From NCBI GenBank assembly GCA_018065305.1, contig JAGHTO010000014.1, positions 6,243-70,242 on the forward strand: a DNA stretch of 64,000 bases. Reading direction: 5' to 3'. How positions within the stretch are numbered: position 1 is the stretch's first letter; every line of letters begins with the position of its first letter. Origin of the DNA: Candidatus Cacconaster scatequi. GTDB taxonomy: Bacteria; Bacteroidota; Bacteroidia; Bacteroidales; UBA932. Shown here piece by piece: positions 56,207 through 64,000 of the stretch. The position numbers and the translations under genes were made by a program. Under the pieces are notes generated by a model. The model saw only the letters and a program-made list of their open reading frames with translations, was not told where the DNA came from and searched no databases.

Positions 56207-56437
56207 ATGATTGAGAAAGAGACCATAATTCAGATTGCCCAGGAGCATCTGGCAACAACAGACCTCACCCTGGTGAAGGTGAGCAACAACAAGGAAAACA
56301 ACATCAAGGTGTTCATCTCCAGGGAGGGTGGCAGCGTATGCATCGATGACTGCGTTGAACTGAGCAGATTCATCGAGGGCCGGCTGGACCGTGACCGGGA
56401 GGATTTCTCCCTTATGGTGAGTTCCGCCGGGATATAG
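56207..56437 (+). CDS. rimP: Short RimP-like protein (N-terminal domain only)
   Basis: A 76-aa protein ending ..DFSLMVSSAGI*, which corresponds to the conserved LEVSSPG block at the end of the RimP N-domain. The gene sits directly upstream of nusA. Confidence 0.55.
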   Translation: MIEKETIIQIAQEHLATTDLTLVKVSNNKENNIKVFISREGGSVCIDDCVELSRFIEGRLDRDREDFSLMVSSAGI

Positions 56438-56478
56438 TATAATTTCAGACATATAAATTTTAACAATAGCAACTAAAA

Positions 56479-57720
56479 ATGGAAGGGTTGAACCTAATCA
56501 GCACGTTTGCTGAATTCAAAGAACTGAAAAACATTGACAGGCCCACGATGATGAGCGTACTGGATGACATTTTCCGCGCTCAGCTTGCCAGGATGTATGG
56601 AGATGCCGACAACTTCGACATAATCATCAACATTGACAAAGGTGACTTCGAGATATGGCGGAACAGGACGGTTGTCGAGACCGTCGAGGACCCCAACAAG
56701 GAAATCTCACTCGAAGATGTTCAGAAGATAGACAGTTCATACGAAATCGGCGAGGATTACACGGAAGAGGTGTCTCTCGCAAGTTTCGGACGCCGCGGCA
56801 TACTCAATCTCCGCCAGAATCTCGCAAGCAGGATTATGGACTTGGAAAAGGCCAACCTGTATAACAAATACCGCAACAGAATCGGAGAAATCATCGTCGG
56901 TGAAGTATATCAGTCCTGGAAAAAAGAGGTACTTGTCATGGACGAGGACGGAAACGAACTCGTGCTTCCCAAGACCGAGCAGATACCCGCAGACTTCTTC
57001 CGCAAGGGCGACACCGTGAAGGCCGTCATCCTCAGTGTGGAGATGAAGAACAACAACCCCATCATAACCCTTTCCCGCACGTCAAGCCTGTTCCTCGAAA
57101 AACTGTTCGAGCAGGAGGTTCCTGAAATCTTCGACGGGCTGATAACCATCAAGAAAGTTGTCCGTATGCCCGGTGAACGCGCAAAAGTGGCCGTTGAAAG
57201 TTATGACGAGAGAATCGACCCGGTAGGCGCCTGCGTGGGTGTCAAAGGTTCCAGAATCCACGGAATCGTCCGCGAGCTGAGAAACGAGAACATTGACGTC
57301 ATCAACTGGACTTCAAACGTTCAGCTACTCGTCCAGAGAGCCCTCGCTCCCGCGAAGATTTCCTCAATGAAGATTGACGAACAGAGCAAGAGCATACACA
57401 TCGACCTGCAATCCGACGAACTTCCCCAGGCAATCGGAAGAAACGGAAACAACATCCATCTTGCCGAGGATCTGTCAGGCTACAAGATTGACGTCTACCG
57501 TATGGATTCAGACAACGCCGAAGAGGAGGAAGACGTCCTGCTCGACAGCTTCACCGATGAGATAGACCAGTGGATCATCGATGCTCTGAAGGGAATCGGC
57601 TGCGATACAGCCAAGAGCGTACTCGCCATCCCCGCAGAAGAACTTATCCGCCGCGCCGACCTTGAAGAGGAAACGGTCAGCGACGTATTGCGCATTCTTG
57701 CGTCCGAATTCGAGAATTAA
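56479..57720 (+). CDS. nusA: Transcription termination/antitermination factor NusA
   Basis: N-terminal domain, S1 and two KH domains (..GACVGVKGSRI..). It lies in the rimP-nusA-infB order. Confidence 0.95.
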   Translation: MEGLNLISTFAEFKELKNIDRPTMMSVLDDIFRAQLARMYGDADNFDIIINIDKGDFEIWRNRTVVETVEDPNKEISLEDVQKIDSSYEIGEDYTEEVSLASFGRRGILNLRQNLASRIMDLEKANLYNKYRNRIGEIIVGEVYQSWKKEVLVMDEDGNELVLPKTEQIPADFFRKGDTVKAVILSVEMKNNNPIITLSRTSSLFLEKLFEQEVPEIFDGLITIKKVVRMPGERAKVAVESYDERIDPVGACVGVKGSRIHGIVRELRNENIDVINWTSNVQLLVQRALAPAKISSMKIDEQSKSIHIDLQSDELPQAIGRNGNNIHLAEDLSGYKIDVYRMDSDNAEEEEDVLLDSFTDEIDQWIIDALKGIGCDTAKSVLAIPAEELIRRADLEEETVSDVLRILASEFEN

Positions 57721-57741
57721 TCATAAAAAGGGAGGTCATAT

Positions 57742-60471
57742 ATGTCAGAAGGTACAGTCAGAATAAACAAAATCCTCAAAGATTTCAATATCGGTTTCTC
57801 AACGTTGGCCGATTTCCTCAAGAAAAAGGGAATCACCGATGAAATCAATCCTACGTCTAAAATTTCGGCAGATACTGTTGACCTGATAGCCAAGGAATTC
57901 GGGAAAGAGCAGCTCATCAAGGAGCAGTCCCTGAAAGTTGCCATCAAGGTCAAGGAGATAACTGAAAAAGGTGCCGTAAAGGAGGCCCGGGACGAATATG
58001 AACCCGGCAAGGAAGTCATCATCAAGACCAATGTTCTCACAGAGAAGAAAAAGGCTGACACTCCCCAGCCCGCTCCTGCTCCTGCACCTGCACCCGAGAT
58101 CAAGAAACCGGAACCTGTCGTACCGGAACACAAAGATGAGCCCAAAACTGACATCAAGATTGTAGGAAAAATCGATCTGGACCGCAAGCCGGAACCCAAG
58201 CCGGCCAAAGCAAATGAAGCGGCTCCTGTTGCAGAGAAAACTCCGGTCTCTGTTCCCGAACCGGCTCCCGCCCCTGTAAAAGAGGAGAAGCCTGTTATCG
58301 AGCATATCGAGACCAAGGTGGAAAAACTTGCCGGGCCGAAAATTGCCGGCACCATAGACCTCTCACAGTTTGAGAAAAAGCCTTCATCCACCCAGAACAA
58401 GGACAACAACCGCAAGGACAAGAACAAACGTGAAAGAATCCACAAGGGCGGTCCCGCCAAGGTGGATGTCAACGACCCCCGCAACAGCGCAAACGCCAGA
58501 CAGGGCGCAAACCGCTTCAACGGCAATAACAAGAAAGACAGATTCAAGGCGGTACATCCAGAAATAGACAGCGATGAGATACAGAAAGTTATCAAGGAGA
58601 CCTACGCAAGGATGACCGAAGGCCACGGCAAGACCAAGACATCAAAGCACCGCCGTGAGAAACGCGAGGAAATTGCAGAGAAGATGCAGGAGGAGGCATT
58701 CCGTCAGGAGATGACAAGCAACGTTCTGAAGGTGACCGAATTCGTTACCGTCAACGAACTTGCAATCCTTATGAACAACACTCCTGTCACGAAAGTCATA
58801 GAGGCCTGTATGAACCTCGGACTTATGGTTTCCATCAACCAGAGGCTTGATGCCGAGGCACTCGTACTTGTGGCTGAAGAATTCGGGTACAAGATAGATT
58901 TCGTGACGGCAGAAATTCAGGATGCCATAACTCAGGAAGAGGACAAGGAGGAGGATATGGTTCCGCGTCCGCCTATCGTGACCGTTATGGGACATGTGGA
59001 CCACGGAAAGACTTCCCTGCTCGACCACATAAGGAAATCCAACGTGATTGCCGGTGAGGCCGGCGGAATCACCCAGCACATCGGTGCATACAACGTGAAA
59101 CTCGCCGACGGACGCCACATAACGTTCCTCGACACCCCCGGCCACGAAGCATTCACCGCAATGCGAGCCAGAGGAGCCAAGGTGACCGACCTTGCCATCA
59201 TCATCGTTGCGGCTGATGACGCGATAATGCCCCAGACAGTGGAGGCAATCAACCACGCCCAGGCCGCAGGCGTACCTATGATTTTCGCAATCAACAAGAT
59301 AGACAAGCCCGGAGCCAACCCTGACAAAATCAAGGAGCAGCTTGCGAATATGAACATCCTCGTAGAGGACTGGGGCGGCAAATATCAATGTCAGGAAATC
59401 TCAGCGAAGAAAGGCATCAACGTGGACAAACTTCTCGAGAAGGTGCTTGTGGAAGCTGACCTTCTTGAACTGAAGGCTAATCCCGACAAGAATGCCGTCG
59501 GCAGCATAATAGAGTCATCCCTCGACAAGGGCCGCGGATATCTCGCCACTGTGCTGATTCAGGGCGGAACTCTTCACGTCGGTGACCCCATCGTCGCCGG
59601 TTGTTATGCCGGACGCGTGAAGGCGATGTTCAACGAACGTGGGCAGAAGTTGAAGGAAGCAGGTCCTTCCACCCCTGTATCAGTCCTCGGACTGTCAGGC
59701 GCGCCGACTGCAGGCGACACCCTCAATGCAATGGATGATGAGAAAGAGGCCCGTGACATTGCCAACAAACGCGAACAGCTCATCCGTATCCAGGGCATCA
59801 AGACCCAGACACATATCACCCTCGAGGAGATCGGACGCCGCATAGCGCTGGGCAACTTCCAGGAACTCAACGTTATCGTCAAGGCCGACGTGGACGGTTC
59901 AATCGAGGCTCTGTCGGATTCACTTATAAAACTCTCGACGGAAGAGATACACGTCAATGTCATTCACAAGGCTGTGGGAGCCATTTCCGAGTCGGACGTC
60001 CTGCTCGCAGTGGCATCCAACGCAATTATCATCGGCTTCCAGGTAAGGCCTATGCCCAGTGCCCGCAAGCTTGCTGAGAAAGAGCAGATTGAAATCCGTC
60101 TCTACTCCGTCATCTACGACGCCATCGAGGAGGTCAAGAGCGGTATCGAAGGTATGCTTGCTCCCGAAGAGAAAGAGGAAGTCTGCGCGAACGCCGAAGT
60201 TCTGGAGACTTTCAAGATTTCCAAGGTCGGAACGATTGCCGGATGTATGGTACGCGACGGCAAGCTCGTACGTGGTGCAAATGTCCGCGTAATCCGCGAC
60301 GGTATCGTGGTTTATACCGGCAAACTCGGTTCCCTGAAGAGGCTCAAGGACGATGTCAAGGAGGTTACTTCCGGTTTCGACTGCGGCTTGAGCGTGGAGG
60401 GCTACAACGACATCAAGATAGGAGATATGATTGAGGCCTACCAGATTGTCGAGATAAAGAGGAAACTGTAA
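57742..60471 (+). CDS. infB: Translation initiation factor IF-2
   Basis: GTPase motifs [14 protein letters not shown] and NKID are present. It has a low-complexity PAPAPAP/K-rich N-terminal region. Confidence 0.95.
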   Translation: MSEGTVRINKILKDFNIGFSTLADFLKKKGITDEINPTSKISADTVDLIAKEFGKEQLIKEQSLKVAIKVKEITEKGAVKEARDEYEPGKEVIIKTNVLTEKKKADTPQPAPAPAPAPEIKKPEPVVPEHKDEPKTDIKIVGKIDLDRKPEPKPAKANEAAPVAEKTPVSVPEPAPAPVKEEKPVIEHIETKVEKLAGPKIAGTIDLSQFEKKPSSTQNKDNNRKDKNKRERIHKGGPAKVDVNDPRNSANARQGANRFNGNNKKDRFKAVHPEIDSDEIQKVIKETYARMTEGHGKTKTSKHRREKREEIAEKMQEEAFRQEMTSNVLKVTEFVTVNELAILMNNTPVTKVIEACMNLGLMVSINQRLDAEALVLVAEEFGYKIDFVTAEIQDAITQEEDKEEDMVPRPPIVTVMGHVDHGKTSLLDHIRKSNVIAGEAGGITQHIGAYNVKLADGRHITFLDTPGHEAFTAMRARGAKVTDLAIIIVAADDAIMPQTVEAINHAQAAGVPMIFAINKIDKPGANPDKIKEQLANMNILVEDWGGKYQCQEISAKKGINVDKLLEKVLVEADLLELKANPDKNAVGSIIESSLDKGRGYLATVLIQGGTLHVGDPIVAGCYAGRVKAMFNERGQKLKEAGPSTPVSVLGLSGAPTAGDTLNAMDDEKEARDIANKREQLIRIQGIKTQTHITLEEIGRRIALGNFQELNVIVKADVDGSIEALSDSLIKLSTEEIHVNVIHKAVGAISESDVLLAVASNAIIIGFQVRPMPSARKLAEKEQIEIRLYSVIYDAIEEVKSGIEGMLAPEEKEEVCANAEVLETFKISKVGTIAGCMVRDGKLVRGANVRVIRDGIVVYTGKLGSLKRLKDDVKEVTSGFDCGLSVEGYNDIKIGDMIEAYQIVEIKRKL

Positions 60472-60493
60472 GAAACTGTTTTGAAATTTTATT

Positions 60494-60501
60494 TATCTTT
60501 G
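60494..60501 (+). promoter_or_regulatory. -7 box (TATCTTTG) upstream of tRNA-Ala
   Basis: TAnnTTTG match about 39 nt upstream of the tRNA 5' end, with TTTTG about 20 nt further upstream. Confidence 0.4.
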
Positions 60502-60539
60502 CGGTGCGGATGCCCGAAGGGTCGCCCGCAAGGAATTAC

Positions 60540-60612
60540 GGGGAATTAGCTCAGCTGGTAGAGCGTCAGGTTCGCAATCTGAAAGTCGGGAGTTCGAGTC
60601 TCCTATTCTCCA
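60540..60612 (+). tRNA. tRNA-Ala (anticodon CGC)
   Basis: Cloverleaf readable by eye: acceptor GGGGAAT/ATTCTCC with G3:U70, D-arm GCTCAGCTGGTAGAGC, anticodon loop TTCGCAA, T-arm GGGAGTTCGAGTCTCCT. CCA is not encoded. Confidence 0.9.
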
Positions 60613-60613
60613 C

Positions 60614-60643
60614 AAAAAAGGTGCTTTGAAAGCACCTTTTTTT
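60614..60643. terminator. Bidirectional intrinsic terminator
   Basis: AAAAAAGGTGCTTTGAAAGCACCTTTTTTT is a stem flanked by A-run and T-run. It lies between the tRNA and the convergent GH3 gene. Confidence 0.65.
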
Positions 60644-60644
60644 A

Positions 60645-63227
60645 TTACTTGATTTCGAAGTCGAGAGCGCTGAGGTCTGCGTCACGTGATGATGGTCCGT
60701 ACAGAATCTGGTAGCGGCCCCTGTGCACGGCGACCTTCTTCTGCTCGAGGTCGTACCTCTCGAAGGAGTCGCCTGCTAAGGCTATCTTCACCTGTACGGT
60801 CTGGCCGGGCTCGATATTGACCCTCTCGAAGCCCTTGAGTTCCTTGACGGGGGCGGTGGGGTCGTCGAGGCTCCTGATGTAAACCTGCACCACCTCGTCG
60901 CCTGCGACTGCGCCGGTGTTGGTCACGGGGATGGTCACGTCAACGCCCTTGCCGGCCTTGACTGAGCCTGCTGAAAGCGTTGCCCGGCCGTACTCGAATG
61001 TTGTGTAGCTCAGGCCGTATCCGAAGGGGAACTCTGGCTCCTCGCCGCGGAGGTACCTGTAGGTGCGGCCCTCCATATTGTAGTCCTTGAATTCGGGAAG
61101 CTGGTCTGTGGATGAATATACGGTAACGGGCAGCCTTCCGGCGGGATTGTAGTTTCCGAACAGGACGTCCGCAACTGCCCGGCCCATGGCCTCGCCGCCG
61201 TAGAATGCCTGCAGAAGCGCATTGTACTGATCTTCGATTTCCGTGAATGTGATGGCGCTGCCGGAACAGTTCACTACCACGACGGGCTTGCCGGTGGCAT
61301 GCATCTTCCTTATGAGATCCTGCTGTTCGATGGGGAGCTCGACCTTGGTGCGGTCGCCGCCGAGGAAACCTTCGACATTTATGCAGTTCTGCTCGCCCTC
61401 GAGGTCGGCATTCAGGCCGCCTACGAAGATGATGGCGTCCTCATCGGTAACCTCAAATTTCTCGGCGGAATAGGGATGCTGCTCGGCAAGGTCGAAGTAC
61501 AGATGGGCGGCCTCCTCTGCGGGATGCACGAAATCAAGTACGAAATTGTACTTCTTTCCGGGCACGACCGTGATCACGGAGTCCATGTCGGGCACGGAAT
61601 CGTATCCTATCTCACGATGGACCCCCTTCTGCACTGCAACCTCCTTGCCGTTGATCTTCAGTGAGTAAGGCATATTGCTGCGGATTACGTATACCAGTGT
61701 CGAAGGCGTGTCAAGGATGACCTCGCCGGTATAGCGTATCGAATATGAGTCAATGCCTTTCAGGAATTCCGGCATCGGGGTGTCCGGATTCATATTGATG
61801 TACCCTGCCTCGGCTGTGCCTATTGGCTTTCCGGAGAAGGTCTCGCCATTGAAGTACTCCACCTTGAGGCGATGCCTGCTGAAATAGAAGGTGGATCCTT
61901 CAGTCTGGGCATATCCGCAGCCCCTCACGTAACGGACTTCGGTGCCGGGTACGGCCTCCCTTATTGCAGAGAGAATGGACTGAGTGTGCTCCTCGGTAGG
62001 GGTTCCGTTATAGTTGCCGAGGTGCATGCTTGCAGCATCGGCATTGGGGCCGACTACGAGTATCTTCCTGAGATCCTTCTTAAGAGGGAGAGTTCCGTCG
62101 TTGGCAAGGAGAGTCATTGACTCGCGTGCTGCCTTCAGTGCCAGTTGGTGGTGATCCTCGGAACTTACGTCAGCAGCGCCCAGGTCCTTCCAGGGCAGCA
62201 GTTCCGCAGGGTCAAGGTTGCCCAGTTTGATTCTTAGAAGAAGCGCACCGCGCAGGACTCTGTCGATGTCCTCGACCTTGACGAGGCCCTGTTCGAGGCT
62301 CCTGCCAAGGTTGACGAATGCACTGGTGCCGCCCAGAGTTCCGCATTCGATGTTGGTGCCGCTCAGGATTGCGTCTGCGCTGGCGTCCACACCGTCCTTA
62401 TGAGTCATGTGGTGGTTGTATTCATAGAAGTCGCCTATGGCTCCGCAGTCGGTTACCACGATGCCATTGAATCCCCACTGATCGCGGAGAATCCCCGTGA
62501 GGAGCTTGTCGCTGGCGCAGCAGGGCTTGCCCTCGAAGCGGGTGTATGCGCACATCACCTCAGACACGCCCGCCTTCTGCACAAGTGTTTTGAATGCAGG
62601 GAGATAAGTGTCCCAAAGGTCACGATCAGACACTGAAGGGTTGAATCTGTGGCGGAGAGGTTCCGGGCCGCTGTGCACGGCATAGTGCTTCGCGCAGGCC
62701 GCGGCCTTCAGATAATGGCTGTCGTTGCCCTGCAGGCCGTTCACCACGGCGCTGCCCATCACTCCGGTGAGATACGGGTCCTCGCCGTATGTCTCCTGGC
62801 TGCGTCCCCAGCGAGGGTCACGGACTATGTTGATGTTGGGAGTCCAGAAGCTGATGCCGCCATAACCCTGGTTCCACACCGCGCGTGCCTCGTCGGAGAT
62901 GGCGGTGAAGACCTCGTAGTTCTGTTCCTTGTCGAAGCTGGCAGCCAGAGCTATGGACTGGGGGAACACGGTTGCGCCTTTCTGGCGTATGCCGTGGCAC
63001 GCCTCATTACCCCATTCGAAGGCAGGTATGCCGAGCCTCTCAATGGCGGGCTGCTCCGATACCAGAAGAGAAATCTTCTCTTCGGTGGTCAGAAGCGACA
63101 TAAGGTTGTCAACCCTTTTTTCAGGAGTGAGCTTCGGATTCTGAAAGGGGTACTGATATTCAGAGTGGGTGCATGCACCGATGACACAGAGTGCCAAGGA
63201 GAGGAATATTAGATGTCTTCTATTCAT
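60645..63227 (-). CDS. GH3 family beta-glycosidase (beta-glucosidase/beta-xylosidase type) with a PA14-like insertion, lipoprotein
   Basis: ATG at 63227 (MNRRHLIFLSLALCVIGAC). GH3 blocks are NIVRDPRWGRSQETYGEDP, KHYAVHSGPE and GIVVTDCGAI. The PA14-like segment is VEYFNGETFSGKP... Confidence 0.85.
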   Translation of the reverse strand: MNRRHLIFLSLALCVIGACTHSEYQYPFQNPKLTPEKRVDNLMSLLTTEEKISLLVSEQPAIERLGIPAFEWGNEACHGIRQKGATVFPQSIALAASFDKEQNYEVFTAISDEARAVWNQGYGGISFWTPNINIVRDPRWGRSQETYGEDPYLTGVMGSAVVNGLQGNDSHYLKAAACAKHYAVHSGPEPLRHRFNPSVSDRDLWDTYLPAFKTLVQKAGVSEVMCAYTRFEGKPCCASDKLLTGILRDQWGFNGIVVTDCGAIGDFYEYNHHMTHKDGVDASADAILSGTNIECGTLGGTSAFVNLGRSLEQGLVKVEDIDRVLRGALLLRIKLGNLDPAELLPWKDLGAADVSSEDHHQLALKAARESMTLLANDGTLPLKKDLRKILVVGPNADAASMHLGNYNGTPTEEHTQSILSAIREAVPGTEVRYVRGCGYAQTEGSTFYFSRHRLKVEYFNGETFSGKPIGTAEAGYINMNPDTPMPEFLKGIDSYSIRYTGEVILDTPSTLVYVIRSNMPYSLKINGKEVAVQKGVHREIGYDSVPDMDSVITVVPGKKYNFVLDFVHPAEEAAHLYFDLAEQHPYSAEKFEVTDEDAIIFVGGLNADLEGEQNCINVEGFLGGDRTKVELPIEQQDLIRKMHATGKPVVVVNCSGSAITFTEIEDQYNALLQAFYGGEAMGRAVADVLFGNYNPAGRLPVTVYSSTDQLPEFKDYNMEGRTYRYLRGEEPEFPFGYGLSYTTFEYGRATLSAGSVKAGKGVDVTIPVTNTGAVAGDEVVQVYIRSLDDPTAPVKELKGFERVNIEPGQTVQVKIALAGDSFERYDLEQKKVAVHRGRYQILYGPSSRDADLSALDFEIK

Positions 63228-63279
63228 GATTCTTTTGGTTTTCAAGCAAATTACTGTTTGATACGGGCAACTCTTTTTA

Positions 63280-64000
63280 TTATGAATAATTGAATGCTCT
63301 GATAGATGAGCTGCCGGTTTGAGGGATTATGACATTGTGCATATTGTCAACATATCTGGCAAGCTGAATCATATAGGCATTGAACACATACAGCTGCTCA
63401 TCGAACGGAGCCTCATTGACCACGATTTCCTTGGTGATATCTCCGTTCTCGCAGACATAGCTGATGACGGATGACAGGAACTCTTCCTGCTCGGCATTCA
63501 GCTCTGCACCTGTAATGAAGTCTCCGAAAAGACGCATAGCTTCTTTTCGGTCAACGCCTATCAGCGAACGGATGAATGCAGCCACATTGTCGCCGCACAT
63601 CATTCCTTCAGTGTATTTCTCGTAATCTTCCCTGGAGCCGAGCTCTTCCCAGAGAACACGTTCCAGGGCCATAATATCTTCGTCAGTCAGCTGCTTCATC
63701 CCGTATATCTTCTCCAATACTGGGATATCCCTGTTCTGCATCAGGAAATCCATCACGCGCTGCTTGTAGCTGACGCGGGTGACAACTCCAGCGCTTTCCC
63801 CATCATTGGAGATAACGTCGTCAATATCAACAATGAACCACTTGCCCTGTTCTCCAATAAGGAACTTCATAAGGTCCCTTAAATCGGTCCTGACTTTTTC
63901 CAGCCATCTGAGGTTTGCATTCTCCCAGGCTACAGGCGAAAGGACCTCCCTGATAGTATCCATCCTTGCCTGAACCTGTGGAAGCGAAGCCTTCTCCTGC
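63280..64000 (-). CDS. hsdR: C-terminal part of a type I restriction enzyme R-subunit-like protein (EcoEI_R_C-type tail); 5' part beyond the window
   Basis: The frame stays open past the track ATG to base 64000. The tail ..AEQEEFLSSVISYVCENGDITKEIVVNEAPFDE.. resembles the EcoEI R-protein C-terminal domain. The region is AT-rich. Confidence 0.5.
   Translation of the reverse strand, partial: QEKASLPQVQARMDTIREVLSPVAWENANLRWLEKVRTDLRDLMKFLIGEQGKWFIVDIDDVISNDGESAGVVTRVSYKQRVMDFLMQNRDIPVLEKIYGMKQLTDEDIMALERVLWEELGSREDYEKYTEGMMCGDNVAAFIRSLIGVDRKEAMRLFGDFITGAELNAEQEEFLSSVISYVCENGDITKEIVVNEAPFDEQLYVFNAYMIQLARYVDNMHNVIIPQTGSSSIRAFNYS

Noticed and set aside
58050-58300. Repetitive PAPAPAPAP / KPEP coding repeats that look like a tandem DNA repeat.
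   Set aside because: They lie in frame within the low-complexity N-terminal linker of IF-2, which is commonly Pro/Ala/Lys-rich. This is neither a CRISPR array nor a satellite.

Overview
This 64-kb window looks like a Bacteroidales-type chromosome segment. The taxon is an inference from four things: TAnnTTTG -7 boxes, no Shine-Dalgarno sites, many lipoprotein/TAT signals and glycoside hydrolases, and a tmRNA tag ending in YALAA. About 80% of it is housekeeping:

- topA (3' part), lrp/asnC, ispD
- the mreBCD-mrdA-rodA rod-shape operon
- gcvP, a radical-SAM gene, xylB-xylA, coaD, a sirtuin, gap
- a clpB lacking its N-domain, a pyrC-like gene, yicC, a SulP permease
- ssrA (tmRNA), lpxD-lpxC-lpxA, rimP-nusA-infB, tRNA-Ala(CGC)

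Five exported glycan-degrading enzymes are scattered through it, with no SusC/D genes: GH116-like, GH95, GH109-like, GH106-like and GH3.

Observations that deserve a second look:

1. In the centre of the window, an AT-rich AAA+ ATPase gene of the DUF4143 type has its own promoter. It is bracketed by 62-nt direct repeats and inverted-repeat elements.
2. A three-gene predicted periplasmic operon encodes a membrane-anchored tetraheme NapC/NirT-type cytochrome c fused to a Cys-less FGE-sulfatase-fold domain. It also encodes a TAT-exported Gfo/Idh/MocA oxidoreductase and a TAT-exported xylose-isomerase-like TIM-barrel protein.
3. A 1527-aa single polypeptide joins a TamB-like protein to an Omp85 beta-barrel.
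4. A ~20-nt motif occurs five times. Two copies form the terminal inverted repeats of a 170-bp MITE-like element.
5. An inverted duplicate of the tmRNA 3' end lies next to ssrA.
6. Three conserved genes have lost domains: lpxC lacks fabZ, clpB lacks its N-domain, and rimP lacks its C-domain.
7. A yefM-yoeB module sits beside a 100-nt near-perfect palindrome.

I saw no CRISPR array, integrase or transposase. All family assignments come from reading motifs in the supplied translations. No database search was run.
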